Source: the human T2T-CHM13v2.0 reference genome, Homo sapiens. From it: a DNA stretch of 64,000 nucleotides. The notes below the pieces were generated by a model. That model did no database searches, had not been told where the DNA came from, and saw only the letters and a list, made by a program, of their open reading frames with translations. This document shows positions 16,094 to 29,166 of the stretch, piece by piece. The position numbers and the translations under genes were made by a program. The first letter of the stretch is position 1, and each line of letters starts with the position of its first letter. The DNA is taken from the NCBI RefSeq assembly GCF_009914755.1, contig NC_060934.1. One strand, 5' to 3'.

Positions 16094-19000
16094 GGGCCAC
16101 CCGGTCGGGGCCATCCCTCCACACTCTGCATCCTACCCCACCTACCCAACACACTTTTCCACCTGGGAGCCTGTGCCCTCAGACCGCCCCGCACCAGAGC
16201 CACGGGCTGTGGGGCGGGGAGCCCTCCCCCGCTGCAGCCCTCTCAGAACAGAGGGGTAGGGAGGGTGCACCAGTGCACCAGGAAGGCTGTGTGGGTCTGG
16301 AGCCCACGTCCCACCTCCACACCCTTGGCTTGGGCCCATGCCCAGCGCAGGCCTGAAGACCACCCTCCCGAGAGGAACCAGCCCGGTAAGAGGGCACACG
16401 CTGATGCGGCTTCCCGGTCCCTCCGCGTGTGCCGATTCCAGATGACCTTCCAGTGTCCCCAAGGTTCTTCCATCTTCTAGACTGTAACCCTGCCTCCCTG
16501 CTTCCTGGTCCAGAGCCTCCCTCCAGTGACTGTGGAGCCTGAGAAGGCCCCCGGGCCCCAGCATGGGCCCCGAGCCTTGGAGGAGCACTGGCAGTTGGTG
16601 GCAGTGAGACCAGCCCACCCACCACCACCCACCACAGAAAAGCACAAACCTCTGGGAAAGACAACGTCTCTCGGGGGCCAGGGGTCATCGGTTTGACCCC
16701 TGACCTATAAGCCAAGATACCCCATAAACACACTCAGAAAGCAGAGAAAAAGGACAAGAGTCTGTGTTTGAGAGGGGGTCTGCCATTCCTGCTTGGGGAC
16801 TGGTGGGGAAGAGGGCCAGGACATCTTCTGAGCCAGGACGTCCCTGAGGCTCCACCTCCAAGCTCAGACAGGGCCCAGGCTTGGGGAACAGAGAGAGCAG
16901 GTGTACACCCAACCAAAGTGATTGTGCCCTTGGTTGGGGGGCGCGGGCATATAACCTGTCAGAAGCAAACAGGAGCGGCAACTTCTAACTTTGCTCCAAG
17001 CCACTCTCTTTTTAAACAGCAACAATTTAAAGCTATGAAGTCACCTGGAGAAAAGGAACGTTGCTCTTGGACAGCAAGCAAACCATTTCTCTCCGTCTGT
17101 TCTGTTTTTCTCCTAGTCCCTCTCCTGCCACCTCTCCAAGACTTCCGTGGGACACCCACTTCCCTCTGTCCTAGTTCTCTTTGTCCAATCAGATGGCAAG
17201 GGCAGTGCGTGGAAAGGCCGGGGAGGTGCAGAAACCAGAGCCCAGGGCAATGGTGTCTGTCCAGCCCCTCCCTCTGTCCCTGTGCTCCAAGCTGCCCCCG
17301 GCTGCAGCCCAGGCCATGGACATGTGCACCAGTATGTACCTGCAGGCATGGGGGGGAGGGGGGCGTGTTTCTGGGCCTGCCCCAGACACTGCCCTTGGCT
17401 GCCAGCCTACCCTGCCTGCACTCCTCCACCATCACAATCTCACCCAAACTCCTGCTCACTCAAGCAAAAGCAGCCTCTGGCCTTCCCTCCACCGCTTTGC
17501 TCCATCTGGCTTACCACTCTCCAGGGCCTCCTGGGGAGCCTGTCCTGTGTTCACTTTGTTTCAGGCTGGTCTGTGCCCCGTGAGCCACATGGCCTAGGGT
17601 GATGCCAGGTTGTCCCGTCACTGGGGTCCCATCTGTAAATTCTTTGCGCCCTTCCCGGCTGCTGCCTGGGGCCCTTTCCTGCTCTCCCGTCCGCTGTGGG
17701 TGGTCCCCAGCTCTCCTCTGTGGGTTTTACCGGAAAGGTGGCCCCAGCTGTTGACTTCCAGTCACTGTCCCAGACGGCACAAGGTTTTCTGTAGGAAAGC
17801 TGCCATTGCCCCGGCCCCTTTTCTTCCTTTGTCCCGTTGTCGAGGTTTTTTCAAATAGCGTGTTGTTCAGTATGCAAATCAATTATTTTAAGAATCGCTT
17901 TTGTAAATATCTTTGTGAATATTTTAGTATCGTCTTTGATAATATTCAACATTTTCATGACCTGGTTATAGCCTTTGCTGGTGTTTTTAAAATACCTGGA
18001 CTCAATGACAAAGACCGAGTCTTCTTTTTTTTTAAACAAAAACAAAAAAAGCAACCAGGGCTATTTGTACAGTTGAAGGGGTGAACAGAATGGGCGGCTG
18101 TGCTGGGAGTTGGAAGACCGGGCAGCCCGCTATTTAGAGCCATCCCTCAGTCAGCTGGCAGGGACAAGCCAACGCCAGGTAGCATGTGGCCACCCTTGCC
18201 CAGTGTCTGTGGCCTGGCAAGTGGCCACGCCCTGTGTCAGACCATCTGGGAATTAAGCTCCAGACAGACTTACAGATGCCTTCCTTAGGAGTTCTTGCTT
18301 CTTGCGTTGATACTTTGCCCCAGAAAGGCCTGGGATTCATTCTGGTTCTTATCAGGGTGTGTCCACACTCTGCTCACAGGTGGATCCACGGCTTTCCAGT
18401 GCGGAGAGTCGAGATGCTCCCTGCAGCCCAGGCCCCGGGCACCTCCTGCAACCATCTCTGGGCTCAGCACCTGAGGCGGGTTTCCTGGGTCCCCTCTCCA
18501 GCAAGCCTCCACCAGCAAGCTCGGCCCAGAGCTTCCCTTCCGGCTGGCTCTGAACCGTGCGTGGTGCCTACAGCCTGCAGTCTGGAGACAAGCTCTTCCG
18601 GAGTGCTCTGGGAGCCAGGCCAGGGTGTGAGGGAGGTGCAGAGGCATCCGGGGCGGGAGCAAGCCCCAGGTTGTGACAGGTGCAGGTAGACAACGCCCAT
18701 AAACAGAGATGGTCCTGAACTCTGGAGAGATCCTTCCCTGATCCTTTCGGACGACTACTTGGAGCCATAAGTAACCTCAGCAAAAACGAGGCCTCTGCAA
18801 GCCACTTTTCCATGCCAAGCATCCACCCGGCCCACAGGCATGTTTCTGCCGCCACTCCGCAAGATGGACAGGGAGCCAGCAGGCAGGCGGGAAGGGCCAA
18901 GTACAGGCAATCACCCCCATCTTCTTGGTTTGAAGCTTTATCCATGTATCATGTTCCGTGTAGCCATTTTATTTTTTAAGAAACTGCTAATACTTTCTCC

Positions 19001-19865
19001 CTAATGGAAGCCCTGATCCCCCAGAGAGCTACAGGTCTGCTCCCGACGGGCCTCGGGCCTGACCCGTCCACACAGGGCCGTGTCAACAGCAGCGACTCAA
19101 GGGACGTGTGTACATATGTAAATGAGAAATAGAGACGTGTCAACAGATGCATTCATTTCTCTTGGAATGTGTATTGTTTTTATTTTGCGAAACAAAACAA
19201 AACAAAAAAAAAAGCTTGGAACTCCATCACGTGGAAAAACTAGATCCTGTTGGTTATAGCATTTGTGAGTTCTCCACGTCTGTCTCTCTCGCTCATGTAA
19301 TATACTCTGACCCTGAGTGGAAAGGGGTTTTTGTTCTGTTTTTATTTTACCTACATGTACTATTTAGCTTCAGTGTACTAGTCCTGCCACCTGTGTATTT
19401 TTAGGGTGCTATGGAAATAATGAAAAGAAACGGGGATTTCAGAAGAAAATTGTAACCAAATTCATACTTTGTATAATTTTTGATATCATGATCACAGGTG
19501 ATTCACACGTACACACATAAACACACCCACCAGTGCAGCCTGAAGTAACTCCCACAGAAACCATCATCGTCTTTGTACATCGTATGTACAATGCAATCAT
19601 TTCATACTTTAAACTGGTCAAAAAACTAATTGTGATTTCTAGTCTTGCAAAGCTGTATGTAGTTAGATGATGTGACAACCTCTAATATTTATCTAATAAA
19701 TATGTATTCAGATGAAACCTGTATATTAGGTGTTCATGTGGTTATTTTGTATTTAAAGATCAAATTATTTGACTATTGCTAGACATTTCTATACTCTGTT
19801 GTAACACTGAGGTATCTCATTTGCCCATGTTAATTTTTTTCTAAATAAATTGACAAAAACAAAGG
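16094..19865 (+). other. ZMIZ1: ZMIZ1 3' UTR (~3.8 kb, no interspersed repeats seen)
   Basis: Follows the stop codon; AU-rich distal block; poly(A) signals at 19695 and 19844; GU-rich sequence after ~19865. End position approximate. Confidence 0.85.
19695..19849 (+). terminator. Tandem poly(A) signals AATAAA (19695-19700 and 19844-19849) of ZMIZ1
   Basis: Canonical hexamers with many upstream TGTA motifs and downstream GT/T-rich tracts. Confidence 0.8.
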
Positions 19866-21135
19866 TTTGGCGAATTAGCTATTTTGTGGATGTTAAGGAG
19901 TGGTTTGGGTGTTTTTGCTTTTGTTTTAAACCACACCCCCCGCCCTGTTACCCTCTGCACACACAAAAAAGAAAGGCAGGTGGTTTGGGTGTTGAATTGG
20001 AAGAACCCCTGTCCATGGGGGTCCCTGGAACCAGTCCCTGGTGGGGCAAGTGCAGTGTGTGGCCGGATGGTTGGGGGAGTTGGGGTGGCTGAATAGGGCC
20101 AGGTGGCTGCAGGGTGCTAGGGGCCCCTGTGGCATGTGACTCAGAGTGTGCAACAGTGTCCCATCTTTGATGGTCCCTTGTGGATTATGCTGGGTTTAAG
20201 TAGCAGGAAGCTATTCATATTAAGCCACAGAGGGTGCTGTTCAGAGCACACAGGAGTGTGGCTTCAATGGAGAGTGAGCATTCACTGCACCCATGGCTCC
20301 CTGCTGGCATCTCAGCATCCCTGGCCTCCACCTCTCGGTACACCTGCCCCTCCCCTCCTAGGGAAGCTTGGGTTTTCCCTCCTCCGTGAGCATGCTTTAC
20401 ATGGGGTACTGTCTCACGATAGCCCCTGCCCAGGCCATGGTTCTAACCATCCTTCCAGCCTCGGCACCAACACAAACTGACAACACTTGATGTGTCTCCG
20501 ATTGAAGTTTTAGGAACATGCATCTGACACAGCCCCGCAGCCAGTCCCTGCCCTCCCTCCACGCAGCCTCACCTTAGGGGGAAAGCAAATGTGGCTGTCA
20601 TGGCCTTTCCTCCACAGGGACTGTCCACAGAGGGAAGAAGGGCCGGGCCGGCACCCCAGAGATCTCCACTCAGATGTATCCGGGTGTCAGGAGAGTGAGG
20701 GGCATGTGTGTGCAGGAGCCGGCGGTGTGGGGGAGGCTGCAGGGTGCTGCCTGTAGGGGGCTGGGTGCCTAGAAGCCCCCTGCTCCTGGGGCCTCTCCGA
20801 GGTGGCTGGAGTTTCTCCTTTTGGAGGGAGGTGGAAGGTGAGGAGGAGAAAAGATTTACCTTAAATAATGGAACACCCACCGGCCACTGCTCAGCTGCAG
20901 GCACTGCCTTCTGCCAGCATCACCAGGACAGGCTGACTCTCTCTGAACAGACACCCCTCCGAGAGGAGGGTGATTAGTTAGCTTGAGGGAGAACTTCCCG
21001 TAGGAGACATGCCCCCCTCCCTGTGCCTTAGAGCAGTGTGGTGGGGCTGGACCAGCACTTTAATAAAACAAATGAGAATACAGTAGAAAATATCAGGAGT
21101 GTGCCCTACAAAGTAAAGGGTAGCATTCTATCAAG

Positions 21136-21139
<4 letters not shown>

Positions 21140-21185
<46 letters not shown>
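21140..21185. repeat. (GT)n microsatellite, ~23 units
   Basis: Pure dinucleotide run. Confidence 0.95.
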
Positions 21186-21186
<1 letters not shown>

Positions 21187-22340
21187 TGCTGAGTCATGAT
21201 GTTAATTCTTATTTGTGGGTTGTGGTTGAAAACAAAAAGTTTGAATGCCATTGACTTAAAGGCAGGAAGTGGGCAGGGGAGCAGGGAGGGAGGAAGGGCA
21301 GTGTGCTCCCCCAACTTCATGATAATAAGCAAACCTTCCTGGCATTTCAGCTGGAGACTCTGAACCTGGGATACAGGCCTGTGGCTGCCCCACAAGGCTG
21401 TATGGAGACTGGCCGGCCCCATCTCAGCTAACTCCTCCCCAGACGGGTGACTTCCTTCTGTGAGCCTAACCCCTGGACCAGAAACATCCACCTAAAAAGC
21501 CCAGTGGGGGCCCTGGCTTGGGACAGTTCAGAGTTCAGCCTCCCAGCATGTGGGGCCACACACTGTGGATCATCTTACGTCTCTTCTTCCTCTAGCCCAC
21601 TGCAAAAAGTCTCCACCCTGAATCCACTGACTGTCTTCATGTAAGGCCATGGGATGCTATTGGGGAAATTCATTCAGCCCCACAGGTCGATGTCAGGATA
21701 CACTGGGGTCTCCAGCCTCCCTGAATGCTAAGGGCACTCAATGTTTAATGGCCCCCCATTTCCCTTCTCCTCTGCTCCAGCCTCCTGCTAACCACGCCCA
21801 CCTCGCTCTAAGCAGGCTACCCTACCCTCACCCAGCTCCCCACTGTCCCTGCTGCTACCCACAGACCTATCTCCATCCACCCTGGCCATATCTTTTTCCA
21901 CCCAGGCCCAGAGGATGTGGTGTCCCTTCCCCAGTTGGGGCTACCCCTCCCCCAGCCCCTGACACCATCACCCCTTTCTCTTCTCCAAGGAGTCTCATTC
22001 TATCAGCCCGTTAACCCTCCCCATACCTCTGCCTCCCGCCTCCCCGGGTTTAGTGGCCCAGGCTCTGGCATTGCAAGGTTCAGCTTGGTCTGGGCTCCAC
22101 CCCTTGATGGCCAGTCTCTGCTCCTTCCCATGCAGGCTTCTCAGCCACAAAACTGCCAGTGCCCACTCTCTTTCTCTGTCACCCTTCATATGCCTGGTTC
22201 ATGCCCCACCAGTTCTCTGACACTTCTCCTGCAAGCTCACCAATGGCCTCTTCGTTGCTGATCCACGCTGCTTTCTGAGACTGGACCTCACAGCTGCACT
22301 TGACAGTTGCCATTTCTTCCTTGAAGCTCTCTTCTCTTGG

Positions 22341-22717
22341 TGCTATGGTTTGAATGCTTGTCCCCCCCACCACAACTCATGGTGAAACTTAATCCCCGGT
22401 GTAACAGTACTAAGAGGCAGGCCCTTGGGTCATAAGGGCTCTGCCTTCATGAATGGATTGATGGATTAATGAGTTGGCAGATTCATGGGTTATCATGGGA
22501 GTAGGTCTCTTATGAAAGCCAACTTGGCACGCGCTTGCCCTCCTCGCCACATGATGCCTTCTGCCATACTACAATGCATCATGAGGCCCTCACCAGATGC
22601 AGCCACCCAATCTTGAACTTCCCAGCCTCCAGAAGCATGAGCTAAATAAACTGCTTTTCTTTATAAATTACTCAGTCTCGAGTATTCTGTTAGAGCAACA
22701 GAAAAGAGATGAAGACA
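22341..22717 (+). mobile_element. MaLR solo LTR (MST/MLT1A family)
   Basis: Starts TGCTATGGTTTGAATG, ends 'ataaattactcagtctcgagtattctgttagagcaacagaaaa...aagaCA'; near-perfect 5-bp TSD CTTGG/CTTGA. Confidence 0.85.
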
Positions 22718-22801
22718 CTTGAATCCATGACAACTTCCTCTTTCATCTGTTTAGTTTTCCTGGCATCCCTCTGTGCCTTCCTTGTCTTCTCCGCAGGTTC
22801 C

Positions 22802-25410
22802 TATGGTAACTAGGTACTTGTGGTGCTTCATCAGGATCTTCTTCACCGACTGGCCCACCCATCCTGCCGCTGCTACGGGTGTTGGCCGCCAACAGCCCAG
22901 AACGTGCCCCTTTATCAGAGAATTTCCCTCAGCTCACAGAAACCTCCATGCCTGACAGGTTACCTGCCCCCTATCCCCACACATGCACCCCTGCCAGGCA
23001 GCGCACAGCCAAAATTGACTGCCACAAGGAATAAAAGGCCTCTTGGCTGGGGCATGATCAGTGCTCTCAAATCCTCCCTGTGGGTCAGGTCAGGGCTAGA
23101 CTTTACCTGAGGCCACATGCTAACTCCACTCTCTCCCCTTCCTTGTTCTGCCTGCCTCCCTCATAGGTTTCTCCCAAGATCACTCCCTCAATAAATCATG
23201 GAATCAGCATGCCTGTCCTATGCTCTGCTCCTATCCAGATCGAAGACAGTGGGTGCTGGGAATGGGTCTGGGAGGCAGGCTCTGAGGATAGGATGCTGGA
23301 GAGGTACCACTGACCAGATGACAATGAGGACCCACCACTAGTGGCAGGAATTGGGTAGCAGTGTGCACCTGTGGTGAACTGGGATGGGACACAGGTGAAG
23401 GAGCTACACAGCCACAGCAATGTATCCGGCATCTGAGAGATATGGGCAAAGAATAACTATTAAGACTATGGACTTGCTAAATGTGGCTATTACTAAATGT
23501 CACCAATGCATTGAAGAAAGGAAATTACAGTTACAAATATCTTAACTGGCAATTTAGAGTGTGCGCATCAGAGGAAACTTCTTGGCAGGAAGCATTGGAA
23601 AGCGCTTACCTTCTGCAGCCAGAGGGCAGATGGAGTGACAATCAGGCAGAGGACTCATTGGAAAAGCAGCAGAACTTGAGTAAAGGCTGAATTCTCCATC
23701 AAGGGAGGTCTCCTATATCCAAATCAGGCCCCTGGTAGGGAAGGAGACACCAAGACTTGGGATGAGGACTGTCATACCAATGCCTCTCACAAAAAATGTT
23801 TATTATGACCAGCTGACAGAGAAGGGAAATTCTTGAGTTTGGGTCACAGATGGGTTGACTTGGCCTGTGGGTGTAAGCCAAAAATGGACTGAGCCTGCAC
23901 TACAGTGCCATCCAAGGGTGGCCCTGAAAGATGTTGGTGAGAGAAAATCCCTCCAATAGGCAGAGATTTTGCCAAAGCACCTGGTCATCTCACGGCAAGA
24001 GAAGAGACCTGAAATAAGGATATACTCGTATTCATGGGCAGTGGTGAATGGCTTAGCTCTTTATTGGTCAGGGGCCTGGGAAAAACAAGTCTGGACTATC
24101 AGAGACAAAAAGGACTGGGAAAGAGGCCTGTGGATCTCTGAGAGTGGCAAAAAGTACGAAGATAACGTATCACATTTCAATACTCACCAAAGAGCATCCA
24201 TTGCAGAAGCAACACCAAACAACCAAGTGGGCAGGATGACTCGGCCAGTGGACGTCAGCCAGTCTCTGTCCTCACTCGTCATCCTCCAACCAGTCCTTGC
24301 ACCATATGGGCTCATGAACAGAGTGCCATGGTGACAATGACGAAGTTATATATAACCCTAACAGCCTTGGCTTCCTCTCCCCAAGGCTGATCTAGCTACT
24401 GTCACTGCTGAATGCCCAACCTGTCATCAACAGAGACCCAAGCTGAGCCCGTGATACAATAACATTCCAGGATGAAACCAACTAGCCACTTGGTGACAAG
24501 TTGATTATGTAGGACCCCTTCCCTCATGGGAAGGGCAGTGATTTGCCCAGACAGGATGGATGCATATTCTAGGTATGAATTCACTTCTCCTTCCAATGGA
24601 GCCTCAGGCCATTGGCACTATGGCTCACCAAGAGTCTGATTCACTGACATAGGCCCTCAGTTGACATCATTGCAGACTAAGAGAGCTGAGTCACCATGAT
24701 TGCTGCATGGCAGTGGGCACACGACTGTGAAATCCACTGGTCCTTACACATTTCACAACATCTAGAATCTGCCAGTCTATAGGGGATAGAGTTGCCTCTT
24801 AAAGACACAGCTGAGGTACCAACTGGGAGGCAATACCTCATCAGTGTGAAGGATATGGGGTGCTATCCTTCAGGTTGTCCTATACATCCTAAATCAATGA
24901 CCCCCATTCCCAACAATAGGCAGATAAAATAAACTTAATGTGAGAAGTGACTGGATCTGAGCAGTGCAAGGGGTGGGCTGTAGTAGACGCTGTGGCACCC
25001 TGCCCAAATCCCTTCTGCAGGGCAAGGCACCCCTCCCCTGGCTGCCGTGAGTGTTGGCTCTTCACAGCTTACAGCCCACAGCCCCCTTTCTCTGGAGAAT
25101 TGCCCTGAGGTGACCAGAGCTGTCTCACCTGGGAAGTTCCACCCTCTGGATGTGGCCCACAAAAAATGGCTAATCTAGAGTACAAAGTGCCTGCCCTCTT
25201 GCCTTAAGGATCTGGCTTATGCTCCAAAGTCTTTGCTCCATGATCCAGCCAAGGGCAGCCTTTCTCCAAGCCCCTCTCATTGTTCATCTCTTCCCCCTCC
25301 TTACTCTGCTTCTCTCACTCTTACAGATTGTTTCTGGATAGCAGTACCTTTAGTGAATAAATCAACTTCACCTGGCTGCAAAAAAAGTATTTCTCTGCTC
25401 AACAAAACAG
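22802..25410 (+). mobile_element. Internally deleted ERVL-class provirus (LTR16-like LTRs ~22802-23248 and ~24979-25410; degenerate RNase H/integrase between)
   Basis: Remnants 'YSYSWAVVNGLALYWSGAW..W.I.DK..W.RGLW' (RNase H) and 'ECPTCHQQRPKLSP...QVDYVGPLP' (integrase HHCC/core); purine tract before TG at 24979; two related LTR-like blocks. Confidence 0.75.
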
Positions 25411-26879
25411 AACCAAAAGCTGCTGCTGAGTGCTAATGATGCAAGGGCACAAGTATGGGCAGGTAGCTGAGAGAAGCAGAGAGTGTGACAACTAGAGAGC
25501 ACTGATTGTGACCAAGGGGCATCTGCTTCTCTGGGTGTTTGTTGCCAGGTGAGAATGCAGACCCAGCTGTTGCTAGACTTCTGATTTTCCAAGAGAATCT
25601 AGAAATGCAGGTTTTTAAAAAAAGTTGCAAATAAGCAAACAAAAATGTGTACAGACACCTATGGCCTAAATAAAGTCCAGGTGTGAGCTGCATCTGCCTC
25701 AGTGGTCCCCAGTCCCTGACCTCTGACCCAGGGCCAAATGCTGGTTTAAGTGGCGGGACTGAAATGCAGCCCAGCCCCGTGAGACTCTGGAGCTTAACCA
25801 CCAAGTTCTATACCTCTAGATTAGCTGGAGAGACCAGTCCCTGCCTAAAGCAGAAATACCCATGGTCTGCAGATCCCAAGACCGGACCCATCTGCCACCA
25901 TCCCCAGCCCTGAACATGCTGTCTTTGGCCACCATAACACACTACCCTGTTCTCATGCCCATATCTTTGCCAATGTCTGCCCCTCCTCCTGGAATGCCAC
26001 TCTAGACTTTTGGGAATGCCTGTGCACCCTTATCCTCCTTCCCTGGAAACTGCCATCTGCCGCTGCAGAAGGGCAGACATGTTTGACCCACATGACCAAA
26101 CCCCCCTTGACCCCAGCCCATTAGACCAGGAGGGACACGTGTCGCGAAGGACTAGCTGGCCAGTGACCAATCATGTTACCCCTGCCCCAGTCAAGAATCT
26201 GACCTGAGGCACAAAGATTGCAGGTGCCATTGTGGCCCCGGCTGGATCTAAGGCCTGACCTGCCTCTTCCCCTGCTCTCAGTGGATCTCTGTTACTAGGC
26301 TCAGTCTTTGCCTTTGACTTTTTCCCTCCCCTCCAGGCTGCATGATTTCCCTTTTTCTTTTTATGACTTTGCTTATATCAAAAGTTAAGTCTTATGTCAA
26401 CCTTGTCATGAGAACAAAAGAAGCTTTCTAGCTTTTAACTAAAAGGATGTCAGTTAACAACGGAAATATATGTCAAACAGAAACAGGGTCTCAGCTTTGT
26501 GGTCTTGGGAACCCTCTCTTCCTATTACTACTGCTTATTATCCAGGACCTGGCGTCTTCCCTTTGTCACCCAGGGCCCGGTGTCTTCCCCTCACCACCCG
26601 GCACCTAGTAGTCTTCCCTGGAGCTAGTGTCTTCCCTGAGAGGCAAGACAGACCAGCCCAGCCAGAGTGCTGCTGGTAACATCACAGAGACGGCAGGCCC
26701 CATCTTTGGCAGCTCCCCAGACTCTCTGTGGTTTGGTTTTGTAGCCTGACACTCGAGGTGGCTCACAACTTCCTTCTGGAGTGAACATTTAACATCCTGC
26801 CTGCCCGTCACCCCTCCCTTCTTCAGGGAACCGTACTCGCTTTCTTCTGAGCATCACTCTGCGCCTCTTACTGCCCCTC

Positions 26880-27830
26880 TCTGATATGTGAGCCAGGCCA
26901 TGCTGCTGTAATAAACACCAAACTATCAGTGGCTCAAGACAATGCCCATGTCACAGCCCAATGTGGGTGCCCCTGGTTGGACGCTGTCTATGTGGTCATT
27001 CACTAACCCAGGTCCTTCTCATCTGGTAGCTCTGCTCTCCTTAAAATTTTCTGCATTCAGCTGGCAGATGAGGAAAACCAAAGGAGTATCCCATAGAGAG
27101 TAAGTTTATGGGCCAGGCCCACATTTATTGGCTAGAGTTCAATCTCATGACTGTGATTGACCTACAATTTCAGTTAGCTACACCTAACTACAAAGGTAGC
27201 AGGGAGGGTCTTCAGAGAGAAGGCAAAGATCCAGGGAAAGGCACTTCAGCTATGTGCCTAGACAGGAGACAGAGTCCTAGGGAAGGATTCTGTTTGTTCC
27301 AGCTGGGTTCTGTGTCCATTCCCTGGCCTGGTCATTTTGAACTGGAAGGCAGAGTTGTTATCAGCTCCCATGGATTCAAATGAACATTTAGACAGTGTAT
27401 CAGTTAGGTTTTGCGGCAGAACAAACAGCTATTTATTATTAATGGCCTAAAACAACCATTCATTTTTGCCTCTGAGACTGTGGGTTGAGTGAGAAGTTCT
27501 GTCGACTGGGCCAGGCTCATATGATCTCAGTTGGGCTCACTCACGTGTCTGAGGCCAGCAGGCAGGCTAGTTTAGAATGGCCTCACTCGCATATTTGGTA
27601 GCTGGCTTGCAGTTAACTGGAGTGAGGCTCCCTGGGCTTGTTCAAATGGTCGCCTCAGGATTGTACAGCATCACTTCAGCCTCATTTCATTGGTCAAAAC
27701 AAGTCCCAAGACGAGCCGAGATTCAAGGCCTGGGAAAACAGACTTCTCCTCTTGATAGGGACAGCTACAACATCACATTGCAAGTTGCCGTGAATAACGG
27801 AAAGAAAATTGCAGGGTAGACAATTGCAAC
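26880..27830 (-). mobile_element. MLT1-family MaLR LTR fragments
   Basis: 'atgctgctgtaataaacacc', 'tgtatcagttagg...aacaaacagc', 'cattggtcaaaacaagtc', 'acttctcctcttgatagggacagctacaacatcacattgcaa' are typical antisense MLT1 motifs. Confidence 0.6.
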
Positions 27831-28835
27831 CTACCACAGCCAGTCTCTGCCACATAATCCCCTGGGAGCCAACACAGCCCTGCCTGCCAGTCCACAGTGA
27901 CTGGTCTGCGGATGCAGGCACCAATCAGAATCCTTCCCTAGCATTTTCCATCCTGGTGCTAGCATATCCCAGTCACACCTGTGTCTTCCTCAGTTACATG
28001 AGCCAGTGAATCCCCTTTCACAGAGACCCACATTTGACTTGGGTCTCTACCGGGCACTGCTTAAGCCTCTGGAGAAACATCTGACAAATGCAACCCCTTA
28101 CTGTTTGGTTGACCCACGCCTAAGGTGCACTTGATGCACCGATGGACGCAGGATGGATTCACGAAAGGGCTGTGAGAGAGATGTGGACATGAACAGGGCT
28201 AGTGGCAATTGGCCCTTCTCCCAGCCAGGCCATGTTACTCCAAGGAGAGGCGTGAGTTGCCTGGTGTCCACCTGGGGACTCAGAGACTCCAGGGTCAAAC
28301 TGAGTATGGTCAGGGACTGGGACCACATCACCCATCCCAGGGATGATGGTGATGGGGACCCAGAATCCTGAGCACTTTGGGGGCCCCTGACCCCCTAGAA
28401 TGCATGCTCAGAAGATTCCACTGTGGCTGGACAGAGTGAGACTACCAGTGTAATTGTCAGTCAGGGAGGTTTGGGTGCCAGCAACAGAAGCTTATTTTGA
28501 TCACCTTAAGGGAAGGAGAAAGGGTATTTGTTGGTAGGATGTGAGTGAGTGGAAAGGTGGAGGGAAGAATGGAAAATACGCTCAGAACAGACAGGAGCCT
28601 GCCCTAGACAGGCTTGTCAGCAGGAACTGGTGGCCTTATCTGGCACTGATATAGGAAAGAACGGACTAATTCCACCTTTTCCCCCCTGTCTAGGTGTCAC
28701 CTCCTGCCAGAGAGCATCTGGTTGGTCAAGCTGAGGTCATAGACACACTGCCCCCACCGCACAGACCTTTTCTTCACTAATGGTAAGAGAAAAGGGTCTG
28801 CTGGAAGGTGCCTCAGGGGCCCCTTTAGTTTATTC

Positions 28836-29042
28836 CAGGGATTAGCAAACTAATTGGGGTCCAAATCCAGCCAGGCTCCTGTTCTTATGCCCCTGATCTA
28901 AGAATCGATTTTATATTTTTAAGTGATTACATTTTAAATGATTGTATAAGTACCTACATCACAGCCTCAATTTTGTCTCTTGGTCCACAAAACCTAAAGT
29001 ATTAACTATCTGGCCCTTCAAGAAAAAGTGTATAGACCCCTG
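28836..29042. mobile_element. MER58-like hAT-Charlie MITE
   Basis: Terminal inverted repeats CAGGGATTAGCAAACT ... GACCCCTG; 'ctatctggcccttc' internal motif. Confidence 0.7.
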
Positions 29043-29121
29043 GCTTATACAGTAGGGCTCAGTCACCTGGGTACATTGATCCAGGAAGACAGGAAGGGCA
29101 GCCAGACATGGTGAAGACCAT

Positions 29122-29125
29122 GTGA

Positions 29126-29166
<41 letters not shown>

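Noticed and set aside
16768-17583. 271-aa ORF in the ZMIZ1 3' UTR
   Set aside because: Non-ATG start, GC-rich sequence with few stops, no recognisable domain.
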